A stretch of 64,000 nucleotides of DNA, from assembly GCA_039194325.1 (NCBI GenBank), contig JBCCWC010000009.1, positions 1 through 64,000 of the forward strand, read 5' to 3'. Numbering within the stretch: the stretch's first letter is position 1; every line of letters starts with the position of its first letter. The position numbers were made by a program, and so were the translations under genes. This document shows positions 51,956 to 62,213 of the stretch, in pieces. Under the pieces are notes generated by a model, which saw nothing but the letters and a program-made list of their open reading frames with translations, was not told the origin of the DNA and made no database searches. The DNA is from Myxococcota bacterium. Its GTDB lineage: Bacteria > Myxococcota_A > Polyangia > Nannocystales > Nannocystaceae.

Positions 51956-53092
51956 TTAGCCGTCCTGGCCCAGCGGCACGTCGGCCGCCGAGTAGAGATC
52001 GTACTCGAGCAGCTCCCACACCACCAACCGAGCGCGGGAGAGATCGGCGTGCCGCTGGATCCGCTCGACGAGCGTCTTGGCCCGCGTGAGCGAATTGCCG
52101 TCGCGGATCGCCTTGGCCACCGGGCACCCCAACGCATTGGCCAGCCACTCGGGCGCCCCCCACTTGCCGTAGCTGGTGGTCACGACCACAATAGGCGCCT
52201 GCCGAGGCTCCCACGCCCCCCGCCGGGTCAGCCGAGCCCGCGGGTAGGTCCGGGTCCAGCGACCCTCCAACGTTCCGGCGGCAGGCAGCCCCAGCTTGCG
52301 GACCAGCGACGTGGCCTCCGCTTGTTCGGCCCATGCGACCTCGAAGGGCTCGAAATCCGGCTTGGCCCCCGGCTCGAATCCCGGCTCGGCACAGGCGGCC
52401 GGCACGTGACCGCCGGTCCGCAGCGCCCGGGCCAGCGCCATCGCCCCGGCCTGGGCCCCGTGGGAGGTCCAGTGATGGTCGGCGCGGTAGAACGGATCGA
52501 TCCCGTCTCGACGCAGCTCGGTGAGCGCGGGCTCCAGCTCGATCACCGTCAGCCCCTCCGCCCGCATCGCGGCAGCCAGGCGCGGCAGGTAGGCACGCTT
52601 GGGCTGCGGGAGCACTCCCCCCCGATAGGCGTGCTCGGGGTGGAGCCGCGCCCGGTCGGGCACCAGGGCGATCACCACCCGCGGACCGTGGGCCTCGACC
52701 TCGTCGACCGCCGCCCGGACCATGGCGGGCACCATGCCGACCAGCGCGTCGTAGCGACGGGGCGACAGCGGGGCCGTTCGGCTGGTCGCGAAGATCCAGC
52801 CCTCGTCGTCGACCCGGGCCGCGGGCGGGGTGCGCCCCAGGGCCCGGTACCACGCCGCGTTGTAGTGCGGCGCGACCCAGCGCGACAATAGCGAGCCACC
52901 CACGAGGGTCTGCTCGATCTTCTGCGCCGCGGCACCGTCGAGCCACTCGCGAGGCTCGATCCGCGCCACCTCGGTCGCCCGACGCATACCCGGCAGCACC
53001 ACGCCGGTGTCCCACGCCAGCACGTCGAGCACCAGCGGGGTGGCGAGCATGGCGAAAAAGCCCGCCGCGATCGCAGAGTCGAAACGGCTCAC
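51956..53092 (-). CDS. AlgX/AlgJ-family SGNH O-acyltransferase
   Basis: N-terminal TM; GWIF, LVPDRARLHPE, FYRADHHWT and TSY motifs. Confidence 0.85.
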   Translation of the reverse strand: MSRFDSAIAAGFFAMLATPLVLDVLAWDTGVVLPGMRRATEVARIEPREWLDGAAAQKIEQTLVGGSLLSRWVAPHYNAAWYRALGRTPPAARVDDEGWIFATSRTAPLSPRRYDALVGMVPAMVRAAVDEVEAHGPRVVIALVPDRARLHPEHAYRGGVLPQPKRAYLPRLAAAMRAEGLTVIELEPALTELRRDGIDPFYRADHHWTSHGAQAGAMALARALRTGGHVPAACAEPGFEPGAKPDFEPFEVAWAEQAEATSLVRKLGLPAAGTLEGRWTRTYPRARLTRRGAWEPRQAPIVVVTTSYGKWGAPEWLANALGCPVAKAIRDGNSLTRAKTLVERIQRHADLSRARLVVWELLEYDLYSAADVPLGQDG

Positions 53093-53158
53093 GGCAACCG
53101 GGCCCTCGACCGATCGTACGGATGCAGCGCCGAGCGCATCAGAACCGTCATTCGAATC

Positions 53159-53242
53159 GCCATCAGAAACGCCATCAGAAACGCCATCAGAAACGCCATC
53201 AGAAACGCCATCAGAAACGCCATCAGAAACGCCATCAGAAAC
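53159..53242. repeat. 12-bp tandem repeat GCCATCAGAAAC x7 including the MBOAT stop codon
   Basis: Seven perfect copies; the stop at 53235-53237 lies inside the gene-proximal copy. Confidence 0.97.
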
Positions 53243-54629
53243 GAAAGTAGAGGAAGGGATTGTACTCCTGACTCATCAACTCCACCGTCGACCACGCAAA
53301 GAGCGCAAACGCCCAGGCGTAGGTCCGCGGCCGCGCCCCGGCGACCAGAGCGCTCGACTCCGTGCCCCCGTAGGTCACCAGCACGCATGCCCCGAGCACC
53401 CCGTAGGTCACCGGCTGGACAAGGGGGTAGGCCCAGGTGCTCGGATCGAGGGTTCGCGGATCGAGCAGCACGCCGAGGTAGAGTCCCACGTCACCCAGGG
53501 TTTCGCAGCGAAACAGCAACCACCCGATCATCACCAGGATCATCGTGCAGCCCACGCGCACCGGCGCGGGCCAGCGGGCGTAGAGCGGCTGCCGCCCCCG
53601 CACGCGCTCGACGATGAGCAGCGCGCCGTGATAGGCCCCCCACGCCACAAAGGTCCAGCTCGCCCCGTGCCAAAGACCGCACAGCACCATGGCCAGCGCC
53701 AGGTTGCGGTAGGTCTTGGCCCGACCGCCGCGGTTGCCCCCCAGCGGGATGTACAGATAGTCGCGGATCCAGGTGGTCAGCGTGATGTGCCAGCGTCGCC
53801 AGAAGGTGGTGATGCTCTGGGCCCGATAGGGCGCGTCGAAGTTGCGCGGAAAGTGAAACCCGAACATGTTGCCCAGGCCGATCGCCATGTCGGAGTACCC
53901 GGAGAAATCGAAGTAGATCTGGAAGGTGTAGGCGAGCAGGCCGATCCAGGCCGCCCCGAAGTCGGCCGGCCCGGGGTCGAAGACCGCGTCGGCCGTAAGG
54001 CCGCAGTTGTTGGCCAGCAAGACCTTCTTGGACAGGCCGATCATGAACAGCAGCGCCCCGCGGGCAAAGAGCGCCGAATCACGGGAGCGCTCGGCCAGCT
54101 GCGCAGCCACGGTGCGATAGCGGACGATCGGCCCCGCCACCAGCTGGGGAAACATGGCCACGTAGGTGGAGAAGGTCAGCAGGCGCCGGGCCGGCTCGAC
54201 CTCTCCTCGATACACGTCGATCGAGTACGACATGGTCTGGAAGGTGAAGAACGAGATCCCCACCGGCAGCACCACCTCGGCCCACGGGATCGCCGAGCCC
54301 CCCAGCCCCACCATGATCGCGTTGAGGTTGTCGATCCCCCAGTTGGCATACTTGAAGTAGGCCAACAGCGAGAGGTTGACCGTGATCGACACGGCCAGCA
54401 GGCCCCGCCGCACCCGAGGACGCCGGGAGGCATGGATCCCGCGCCCACAGCCGTAGTCGACCAACGACGACAGCACCAGCAGCAGCACGAAATCGGCGCG
54501 CCACCACGCGTAGAACACATAGCTGGCCAGCAGCAGGACGGGGTTGCGCAGCGATCGGGGCGCCAGGTGGTGAGCCAGCAGCACCACCGGCAGGAACAGG
54601 AATAGGAAGGTGTAGGAGGTGAACAGCAT
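53235..54629 (-). CDS. AlgI/DltB-type MBOAT O-acyltransferase
   Basis: LPVGISFFTFQ, FPQLVAGPI, YFDFSGYSDMAIG, FWRRWHI, GLWHGA and C-terminal FLYFRF. Confidence 0.95.
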   Translation of the reverse strand: MLFTSYTFLFLFLPVVLLAHHLAPRSLRNPVLLLASYVFYAWWRADFVLLLVLSSLVDYGCGRGIHASRRPRVRRGLLAVSITVNLSLLAYFKYANWGIDNLNAIMVGLGGSAIPWAEVVLPVGISFFTFQTMSYSIDVYRGEVEPARRLLTFSTYVAMFPQLVAGPIVRYRTVAAQLAERSRDSALFARGALLFMIGLSKKVLLANNCGLTADAVFDPGPADFGAAWIGLLAYTFQIYFDFSGYSDMAIGLGNMFGFHFPRNFDAPYRAQSITTFWRRWHITLTTWIRDYLYIPLGGNRGGRAKTYRNLALAMVLCGLWHGASWTFVAWGAYHGALLIVERVRGRQPLYARWPAPVRVGCTMILVMIGWLLFRCETLGDVGLYLGVLLDPRTLDPSTWAYPLVQPVTYGVLGACVLVTYGGTESSALVAGARPRTYAWAFALFAWSTVELMSQEYNPFLYFRF

Positions 54630-54651
54630 CCCCGGGTCGCGCCCGCGGGGC

Positions 54652-56313
54652 TCAGCCGTCCGCCTCGAATTCCACCCGTGCCTCGTCGTCCCGGGCGATG
54701 AGCGCCTGGTACTTGGCCTCCACCAGGTGGCGCTTGATCTTGAGGGTCGGCGTCAGCAGGCCGTTGCCTGGGGTCCACGGCTGGTCGATCACGATGATCC
54801 GATCGAGGCGCTCGTGCGACTCGAGCCCTTCGTTGACCTGCATCATCAGCGCGGCCAGGGCCTGCCCCACGGCGGCCTGGTCGAGCCCGTGCCCCTCGAC
54901 CACCTGCACCAGCGCGACCGGCTGCTTGCGTCCTATACCCACCACGCACACCTGCTCGACCAGCCCCCCTTGCGCAAGCTGGCTCTCGATCGGCACGGGG
55001 GCCACGTACTTGCCCTTGGCCGTCTTGAAGATCTCTTTGACCCGGCCGGTGATCTTGATGTAGCCGTCGGCGTCGATCTCGGCCCGGTCGCCGGTACGGA
55101 AGAAGCCGTCCTCGGTGAACGACGCGGCCGTCTTCTCGGGTTCTTTGTAGTATTCGCGCATCATGGTCGGCGACTTGATGAGCAGCTCGCCCTCGTCGCT
55201 GGTCACGAGCTCGGTGTCTGGGTAAGCCTTGCCGATCGTGCCGATCCGGATCTCCTGGCCGGGGAGGGTCTGGCTGCCGAACGCGAAGGTCTCGGTCATT
55301 CCCCACCCCTCGCAGATCGGCAGCCCCACCGATTGCCACCACTCGAGCAAGGCCGGGGCCATCGGCGCGGCGCCGCTGCCGTTCCACGTGGAGGCGTCCA
55401 GGCCCAGCCCCTGGGCTATCTTGTGGCGCACCGCCTCGGCCATCTGCGGGTTCGCGAGCGCCTGGTCCAGCTGAGCCTGCGGCATCATCTGCAGCACGCC
55501 CAGCTGAAACCGCTTCCATAGCCGCGGCACCGAGCCGAACAGCGTGGGGCGGACGCTCTTGAGATCGTCGAAGAACGTGGCCAGCGACTCGGAGAACGAG
55601 ACCTGTAGGGCGTGGTAGAGGCTGGGCGCCTCCACGTAGGCCCGCTCGGTGCAGTGGGCCAGCGGCAGGTACGACAAGATCCGGGTCTGCTCGTCGCAGC
55701 CCAGCAGCGGGGCCAGGTGCGTGCCGGCGTAGGCAAAGGAGCGGTAGGTATGCACGGCGCCCTTGGGGTTGCCGGTGCTGCCCGACGTGTAGAGGATCGT
55801 CATCACGTCGTCGAGCGAAGGATCCGCCGGGTCGCCCGTCGGCGCGTGGGCGCCGAGCAGCTCCGCCCATGCGTGCTCGGTGGGCGCGGTGGGGTACGGA
55901 AAGCCGATGCTCACGCACCCCGAGGGGATCGCGGGCCCGAGGTCTTCGGTCTGGTCGAGCTTGCCGACGAACAGGGCCCGGGCCTCCGAGTGCTCCAGCA
56001 CATAACGAAGCGTCTGCGCGTTGGCGGTGCTGTAGATCGGCACGCTGACGAACCCGCCGAGCATCACCGCGAGATCGGCGATGATCCACTCCGCACAATT
56101 CTTCGAGAAGATCCCAACGCGATCGCCCGGCCGAAGCCCAAACCCGCGCAGGGCCGCGGTCAGGCGGCGGGCCTGCTCGCCGACCTCCCGCCACGAAAAC
56201 TCCCGCCACTGCCGATCCACCGGCTGGCGCAGGTAGATCCGCTCGGGCGCGTGCTGCTCCCAGTGCCGGAGCTTCTGTAGCGGGGTCTGCAGGCTCGATT
56301 CACTCACGGGCAT
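54652..56313 (-). CDS. AMP-binding long-chain fatty acid-CoA ligase
   Basis: YTSGSTGNPKG, YLPLAH, EGWGMTE, FRTGD, GRVKEIFKTAKGKYVAP and LTPTLKIKR motifs. Confidence 0.93.
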   Translation of the reverse strand: MPVSESSLQTPLQKLRHWEQHAPERIYLRQPVDRQWREFSWREVGEQARRLTAALRGFGLRPGDRVGIFSKNCAEWIIADLAVMLGGFVSVPIYSTANAQTLRYVLEHSEARALFVGKLDQTEDLGPAIPSGCVSIGFPYPTAPTEHAWAELLGAHAPTGDPADPSLDDVMTILYTSGSTGNPKGAVHTYRSFAYAGTHLAPLLGCDEQTRILSYLPLAHCTERAYVEAPSLYHALQVSFSESLATFFDDLKSVRPTLFGSVPRLWKRFQLGVLQMMPQAQLDQALANPQMAEAVRHKIAQGLGLDASTWNGSGAAPMAPALLEWWQSVGLPICEGWGMTETFAFGSQTLPGQEIRIGTIGKAYPDTELVTSDEGELLIKSPTMMREYYKEPEKTAASFTEDGFFRTGDRAEIDADGYIKITGRVKEIFKTAKGKYVAPVPIESQLAQGGLVEQVCVVGIGRKQPVALVQVVEGHGLDQAAVGQALAALMMQVNEGLESHERLDRIIVIDQPWTPGNGLLTPTLKIKRHLVEAKYQALIARDDEARVEFEADG

Positions 56314-56600
56314 CCTCCGGTTCGGGGCCCAAAGAGTATCCCCCCTCGGGCACGGGCGGTACCAAAAGGCTGGGCCGAGCCGGGCCGGGCCGAGCGAGCG
56401 CGCGTGGCCGAAGACCATGTCGGCCACAAGGCTGCAATTGCTGACCAACAAGCCCTTCTTGGACCGATCGGTCGTAATGTTCGGCGCGTTCAGCCCTCGT
56501 CTGCCAGCAAACCGTAGCTCCACGCGCTGCGTCCCGAGCCATCCAAGACGCATAGAGCGAGCGCCGACAGCCCCTTGGGTCGCGGAGGGAAGACGGCGTC

Positions 56601-58538
56601 CTACGGAGTGCGGGTGTTCGTAACGCGATGCTCGCGAACGAGGGATTCGAGGAGTTCGCGGGCGCGGCCGGTGCTCGGAACACGGGTCCAACCACAGCGC
56701 TCGTCCTTGGGGTACTGGTCCCAGTAGGCACGGAGGACTGCGGGGGCGGTGGCGAGGGAAGCGAGGGTCGCCGGGAGGTCATCGGTCTCGACGGTGGTAG
56801 AGGTGTGCTCGTCGTCCCATGATTCGTCGGTATCGGCGTAGCAAGTCTCGAACGTAAGCTGTAGTCGAAGGCGAAGCTTGAACGAGTCATCGTAATAGGG
56901 CGTACAGATGGTGATCGTTGGGCTCTCGTCTTCGATATCCGCGGCGAGCTCCCGATCTTGGAGTTGCCGCTTCGCGAGATCACCGTGGACTACGAGATAC
57001 TCACGCGCTTCGGATTCGTCGATGATATCGAAAGCCTGCCCACTCTCGAGATCCACCACCATGAAATCGGCGGCATGCCATCCGTGTGCGCCGCCCGAGT
57101 ATCCGCCAGCGTGGGCCCAAGACAGAAACATACTGCTCAATGTGCCGATGGGCTCGACGGCGTGCTCGAGAGAGTCGACCCATTGGTCGGACTGAAAATC
57201 TTCGATCACCCCGAGCGGGAGGGTAGCGCCGTTTTCCAAATTGATGAGCCGCGCACTCTGTACAGGCAATAACTCCACGGTGCTCTCGTCAAATGGCTGA
57301 TCACCCTCGAAACCGAAGTTTACAGCATCACCAAAAGGCACGAGTACCGAGCATGCGTCCCAGCGCCAAAGGTAACGCTCGCTCCCGAGCACCATCCCGG
57401 GGATGTCCGCGACGATGAGGCCCGGTTCCTTGGTCGACAACCAGAGGGTTCGAGCCTTGCCACGGCTGTCCCGGCGCCACAGCAGGACCTCCTCGTCGGG
57501 AGGGCCCGCAGGCACTGGAACCCATGGCGCGGTGCGACGGGCGAAACCGCGGAGCACCTGGTCGTGAAGGACGTCGAAGTGGAGCTGCACACCCGAAGAA
57601 CCCGGGTCGCTGACGAACTCCAGCAGGGCCTCGACGAGCCGCTCAGGCTCCTCGAAGACGTGATGGAGCGCGCGGACCGCTCGCTGACGAACGTCGGGCC
57701 CCTCGTAGAGAACATGGACCTCGAACCGGCCGAGGAGCTGAAACACGTGTTCCAGTTGGGCCGAGCCCGCTGCGTGAGCGATTGGCCAGCTCGGCCCAGC
57801 GCGGTGATACGGGGCCAAGGAAGGGTTGTGGGGATACTGTCGGGCTGCCGCTTCGAGGATGGGTCGCACGCCTCCTGGAAGCAAACCATTGCGAGCCTCG
57901 CGGAAGACCTTACTCCAAAATAGGACCGGTGTCGTAAAGGACGGCAGCCTTGAGCCCGGAAAACCCAAACTCTCCACTAGATGCACGGCAGGATCGTACT
58001 GATTGAAGATCTCGACGATCTCCTCGAGAGCACGCTCTTCCGCCCCCCATTTTGCCGTGCTCGATGCTTTGTCGTCGAGCCTCGATGGCGCATCGGTGGA
58101 CCCATCGAGCTCGGTATTGGTGAGGATCGCGCAGAGCGCAGCAAGGCACTCGTATTCTTTGCGATCGGGAGCGAAGCGCGGGAGCTTGCCCCTGGCGATA
58201 CGAGATGCCTTGGCCAGACCATTGACGAGCATGAGATCCAGATCCGCCGATCGGATCTGGGTGTGGTCGACCGCCAGGATCGCGTGATGGATGTCCGGGC
58301 TGGTATGTAGGCTCTGGAGCAGCGGGGACAGATCTGTGCGAGACAGCGGGGAGTCGATATGGTCGATATGCCACCCGACGAGGCCGCCCTCAGTAGACAC
58401 GACCACATTGCGCCATAGGGGCAGGGAGCGACGCTGATACGCTATCCAGCGAGGTGGAGAGGGCTTGACGATGCGGTCGACAATGAACTCGGCGAGCTGC
58501 CACGTGCGTACGAGATGCTGATAGGCGCTGGGACTCAT
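56601..58538 (-). CDS. Multidomain protein containing effector-associated domain 1 (EAD1)
   Basis: Segment at about 57820-58040 (LVESLGFPGSRLPSFTTPVLFWSKVFREARNG...ILEAAARQYPHN) fits EAD1; flanking domains not recognised; lower GC than neighbours. Confidence 0.7.
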   Translation of the reverse strand: MSPSAYQHLVRTWQLAEFIVDRIVKPSPPRWIAYQRRSLPLWRNVVVSTEGGLVGWHIDHIDSPLSRTDLSPLLQSLHTSPDIHHAILAVDHTQIRSADLDLMLVNGLAKASRIARGKLPRFAPDRKEYECLAALCAILTNTELDGSTDAPSRLDDKASSTAKWGAEERALEEIVEIFNQYDPAVHLVESLGFPGSRLPSFTTPVLFWSKVFREARNGLLPGGVRPILEAAARQYPHNPSLAPYHRAGPSWPIAHAAGSAQLEHVFQLLGRFEVHVLYEGPDVRQRAVRALHHVFEEPERLVEALLEFVSDPGSSGVQLHFDVLHDQVLRGFARRTAPWVPVPAGPPDEEVLLWRRDSRGKARTLWLSTKEPGLIVADIPGMVLGSERYLWRWDACSVLVPFGDAVNFGFEGDQPFDESTVELLPVQSARLINLENGATLPLGVIEDFQSDQWVDSLEHAVEPIGTLSSMFLSWAHAGGYSGGAHGWHAADFMVVDLESGQAFDIIDESEAREYLVVHGDLAKRQLQDRELAADIEDESPTITICTPYYDDSFKLRLRLQLTFETCYADTDESWDDEHTSTTVETDDLPATLASLATAPAVLRAYWDQYPKDERCGWTRVPSTGRARELLESLVREHRVTNTRTP

Positions 58539-58890
58539 GAACGGGGCCCGGTAGAGGACCCCGAGAGTATCCCCCGAAAGCCGCGGGCGGTACCGAGGAT
58601 CCACGCCAGGCCGGGCGAGCGCTCGCGGCCCCCCCCAGCTCCGGCCCCTCCGGCCCTCCCAGTCCCGGGTCTCTCGGCCTTCCCGACCCGTTACACCACG
58701 CCGACCAGCCTGCCGCTGCCGTGCTGCGGGTCGCCGAACTGCTCGATATGCAGCCCCATCGCCTGGCCGACCGACCCAGCGTCCCTACACATTCGGCGCA
58801 TGCTCCAGCCTGGAGCACCCCGCCATTTTCGACCGCGTCGCAATCAATGAGCACCACCGACGGACATCTTTGACGAACGAAGAGGTCGAG

Positions 58891-61287
58891 ATGCCCCGAG
58901 TCACTCCATCCCCCACGATACTCCCAACGCTCTTGCTGCTGGCGGTGAGCTGCAGCAATGAAATCGACGCTGAAATCCACGACGACGACCCCTCCGGCTC
59001 CGGTGGGGCCACGAACACCGAAGAGCTCGACAACGCTCACCAAACCGCTCCAGGTCGTGATGGCCAGGGCATCACCGGCGGCCCCGCGCCTGCGTTCGCC
59101 TGTGCGCCGCCCCTGCCACCGAACATCGCGGCGGACTGGGAGGCCCTGACCGCCGGCGTCACCTCGATCGATCTGGGCGGCGGGGCTCCCTCGGCGCTGC
59201 TGGTCCACGGCCCGCAGGCGTTCCGGGTGATCAACGATGCCGACGGCGACGTGGTCGTCGCCGCGGCCCGCCGCGGGCTGGGGCGAGTGGTCGTGTGGGG
59301 CCACGAAAACCAGCTCACTTCCCAGATCGACGCGGCCGATGCCGGAGCGCTCGCGGTCAACGCAGCGCGGTGGGCCGGCGACGACCACTGCCCGGTGGTC
59401 GGCGTCGCCCCCCAGCTCGCTGCGCTCGCCGACTTCCTGACCGCCCAGGGGTTCACCGTGATCACCACCGGTCCCGAGGAGCTCGACCAGGTCGACGTGT
59501 TCGCCGCCTATATGTCCTTCGACTACGACCAAGAGCAGCGCGCCGCGATCACGGCGTTCGTCGACGCTGGCGGCGGCCTGCTGCTGGGCGGCCAGGCGTG
59601 GTGGTGGGGCACCAGCCACCCCGACGTGCTGACCGACTACCCCGGTAACCGGTTGCTGGAGGGCACCGGAATCACGGTGACCGAGGACCCCTGGGCCATC
59701 GATGGCCCGGTCGTCTCGACCCCGGCGGACGCGCCCACGCTCGTCCCCAACGCGACCCATGGGCTCGATGCCCTGCGCCGCCACTGGCTCGGCGAGATCA
59801 CGGCGAGCCCCGCACAGCTCGACCTCGCGTTTGCGATGAACCAGGCCACTGCGCAGCTACTCCCGGTGCCGGCTTTCGGCGCGTACTACTGTCAGGCGGG
59901 TCTGTACACCGACGCGTTGGGAGCCAGCGTGGTACCCACCGAGGCCAACCCGATCGCCCCGGACCAGCAGCCCTTCGAGGCCCTGGCCCTGACGATCGAC
60001 ATCAAGCGAAGCGCCGAAGGCGAGCCGGCGCAGGTCACCGCTCACCCCGCGGCCAGCGACTTCCCCGGCGACGTGGGTGCGAGCTCGCAGGCGATCAGCC
60101 GAGTCCTGACCATCGATGGCGATCACGCCGGCCGTGACCCCCGGTACACCTACGCGGCGCCCCAGCGAGCGGCCTGGCGGAGCACCGGCCTCTACGCCCC
60201 TGCGGGGGCCCCCATCGAGGTGACCGTCCCCTCCGCGCTGGTCGACGCGGGGCTGGTCGTGCAGATCGGCAGCCACACCGACACGCTGTGGCACCGCGAC
60301 CAGTGGGAACGAGTCCCCGCGATCGTGCGGCGCGATCCGATCGTCACCGAGGTCACCACCAGCGCCAGCGCCTTTGGAGGTCTGGTGTACGTGCTCGTGC
60401 CCGTCGGCGCCACGCTGGGCGCAATCGAGATCGAGGTCAGCGGCGCCCACCTAGCGCCGCACTACGTGCACGGCCAGACGACGTCGGCGCAGTGGGTGGA
60501 CGAGCTACGAGATCTACCCGCCCCCTGGGCCGAGCTCGAATCCGACGCATTCGTGATCACCGTGCCCGCCGCGGCGATCCGAGATCTCGACGACCCCGTG
60601 CAGCTGATGGACCTGTGGGGCGAGATCCTGGATGCTCAGGCCACGCTCGCCGCGATCCCCCACGATCGCCCCCGGGCCGAGCGCTTCGTGCTCGACCGGC
60701 AGATCAGCAACGGGTGGATGCACGCCGGCTACCCGATGATGGGGCACATCGCGTCGACCCCCGGCCTCATCGACCGCGCACACATCGAGACCCACGGCTC
60801 GTGGGGACCGTTCCACGAGCTGGGCCACGGCCACCAGTGGCGCGAGCTGGGGCTGCCCGGCGTCGTCGAAGCGACCGTCAACCTGTGGTCGGTCCATACC
60901 TCGGAGACGGTGCTGGGCCTCGGTCGCGCCCAGGCCCACCCCGCGCTGACCCCCGCCGCCCGAGCGCAGCGGATCGCGGACTACCTCGCCGGCGGCGCCG
61001 ACTTCTGGAACGACTGGAGCGTCTGGACCGCGCTCGAGACCTACCTACAGCTCCAGGAGGCCTTCGGCTGGCAGCCCTTCATCGATCTGCACGCCGACTA
61101 CCTCGCCATACCGCTGGGACCTCAGTGGTCCGATCAGCAGAAGATCGACGAGTTCGCGCTGACCTTCGGGGCGCAGGTCGACCGGGACCTGGGGCCTTTC
61201 TTGTTGGCATGGGGGCTGCCGCTGTCGCCAACGGTGGTCGACCAACTCGCGCAGCGGCCGGCGTGGGCCGAAAATCCGATGCAGTAG
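58891..61287 (+). CDS. M60-like (enhancin/TCAF-type) zinc metallopeptidase lipoprotein
   Basis: LLAVSC lipobox; STGLYAPAG, APWAELES, MHAGYP, WGPFHELGH and the downstream Glu in VVEATVNL. Confidence 0.92.
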   Translation: MPRVTPSPTILPTLLLLAVSCSNEIDAEIHDDDPSGSGGATNTEELDNAHQTAPGRDGQGITGGPAPAFACAPPLPPNIAADWEALTAGVTSIDLGGGAPSALLVHGPQAFRVINDADGDVVVAAARRGLGRVVVWGHENQLTSQIDAADAGALAVNAARWAGDDHCPVVGVAPQLAALADFLTAQGFTVITTGPEELDQVDVFAAYMSFDYDQEQRAAITAFVDAGGGLLLGGQAWWWGTSHPDVLTDYPGNRLLEGTGITVTEDPWAIDGPVVSTPADAPTLVPNATHGLDALRRHWLGEITASPAQLDLAFAMNQATAQLLPVPAFGAYYCQAGLYTDALGASVVPTEANPIAPDQQPFEALALTIDIKRSAEGEPAQVTAHPAASDFPGDVGASSQAISRVLTIDGDHAGRDPRYTYAAPQRAAWRSTGLYAPAGAPIEVTVPSALVDAGLVVQIGSHTDTLWHRDQWERVPAIVRRDPIVTEVTTSASAFGGLVYVLVPVGATLGAIEIEVSGAHLAPHYVHGQTTSAQWVDELRDLPAPWAELESDAFVITVPAAAIRDLDDPVQLMDLWGEILDAQATLAAIPHDRPRAERFVLDRQISNGWMHAGYPMMGHIASTPGLIDRAHIETHGSWGPFHELGHGHQWRELGLPGVVEATVNLWSVHTSETVLGLGRAQAHPALTPAARAQRIADYLAGGADFWNDWSVWTALETYLQLQEAFGWQPFIDLHADYLAIPLGPQWSDQQKIDEFALTFGAQVDRDLGPFLLAWGLPLSPTVVDQLAQRPAWAENPMQ

Positions 61288-61327
61288 AGCATCCGATGCA
61301 GTAGAGCATCCGATGCAGTAGAGCATC
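61274..61327. repeat. 17-bp tandem repeat ATCCGATGCAGTAGAGC x3 including the M60 stop codon
   Basis: Three perfect copies; TAG 61285-61287 is in the first. Confidence 0.95.
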
Positions 61328-61356
61328 GTCGGCCGTATTGCCCTCCCCCCGGCCAT

Positions 61357-62160
61357 TCAAGACGCCGAGAACGCGGGCCGGGCCTGCCCCTCGCCGGCCG
61401 GCAACGACCCGGTCCCTTCGTCGTCAGCTCCGACGGTCGCAGGGCCTCGGCCAGCGCTGCGACGAGCGCTCCTCTGCCGCAGCACGTCGATGGGCCACAG
61501 CGCCCGACGGGCCGCGGTCGTGTTGTGCTCGGGATCTCGGTCGGCGAACGCAAGCACCTGGAGTGCATAGCGACTGATCGCCCGGGTCAGCGCTCGCAGG
61601 GGACCATCGAGCGGAACCGGCGGGACCACCTCGCTCGGCGATGTGACCCCGAGCACCACGCCATAAGCCTGGTGAGCCGCCAGCAGCTCATGGATGAAGT
61701 CTTCACCCACCAGGCGGTCGAGATCCTCGCGAAGGCCCTCTTGCTCGATCTGCTCCACCCGCCGACTGCTCTCGACGTACTGCTCGATATAGGGGAGCTT
61801 GAGGAAGTCCAGTCCGGTGGGAAACAAAAGAGCGTGGAGCCCGGTGGCCCGCTGACGATCGGGATCGTCGGAATCGAAGATCGCATAGCGATCGAGGCTG
61901 CCCGAGACCGCCGACCACGCACGATCGAGACGATGATCGTACGGACGGGCATCCTCGAGCGGACGCGCGTACACCCGAGACATCCACCGGGCCTCGAGCT
62001 CGTCCCGCGAGCGCCCGAGCGTCAAGGCCGCCTCGTCCACGGCCGGTCCGGCGTCCTCGGGCACGACGGTCAGGAGCATCTTCGCCAGGCCCAGCGCCGA
62101 ACGAACGCCAACGCGGGGAGCATGGAGATAACGGGAAGGATCGATGAGTGGAGTTGCCAT
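61357..62160 (-). CDS. Uncharacterised all-alpha protein (about 267 aa)
   Basis: Coherent ORF with amphipathic helices (DHRLDRAW, LFPTGLDFLKLPY, ELLAAHQAYG); no catalytic motif recognised. Confidence 0.75.
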   Translation of the reverse strand: MATPLIDPSRYLHAPRVGVRSALGLAKMLLTVVPEDAGPAVDEAALTLGRSRDELEARWMSRVYARPLEDARPYDHRLDRAWSAVSGSLDRYAIFDSDDPDRQRATGLHALLFPTGLDFLKLPYIEQYVESSRRVEQIEQEGLREDLDRLVGEDFIHELLAAHQAYGVVLGVTSPSEVVPPVPLDGPLRALTRAISRYALQVLAFADRDPEHNTTAARRALWPIDVLRQRSARRSAGRGPATVGADDEGTGSLPAGEGQARPAFSAS

Positions 62161-62161
62161 C

Positions 62162-62213
62162 ACTCGGAGGTAAGGTCGCCGCCTCCGAGTCCTGACGAGC
62201 TTTTTCTAAAAAG
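62162..62213 (-). promoter_or_regulatory. Structured leader: 9-bp stem abutting the start codon, plus CTTTTT-CT-AAAAAG dyad
   Basis: ACTCGGAGG (62162-62170) and CCTCCGAGT (62182-62190) are exact reverse complements; second dyad at 62200-62213. Confidence 0.55.

Noticed and set aside
53089..53388. 99-aa ORF with (FLMA)n
   Set aside because: It is a translation of the 12-bp tandem repeat and overlaps the MBOAT 3' end out of frame.
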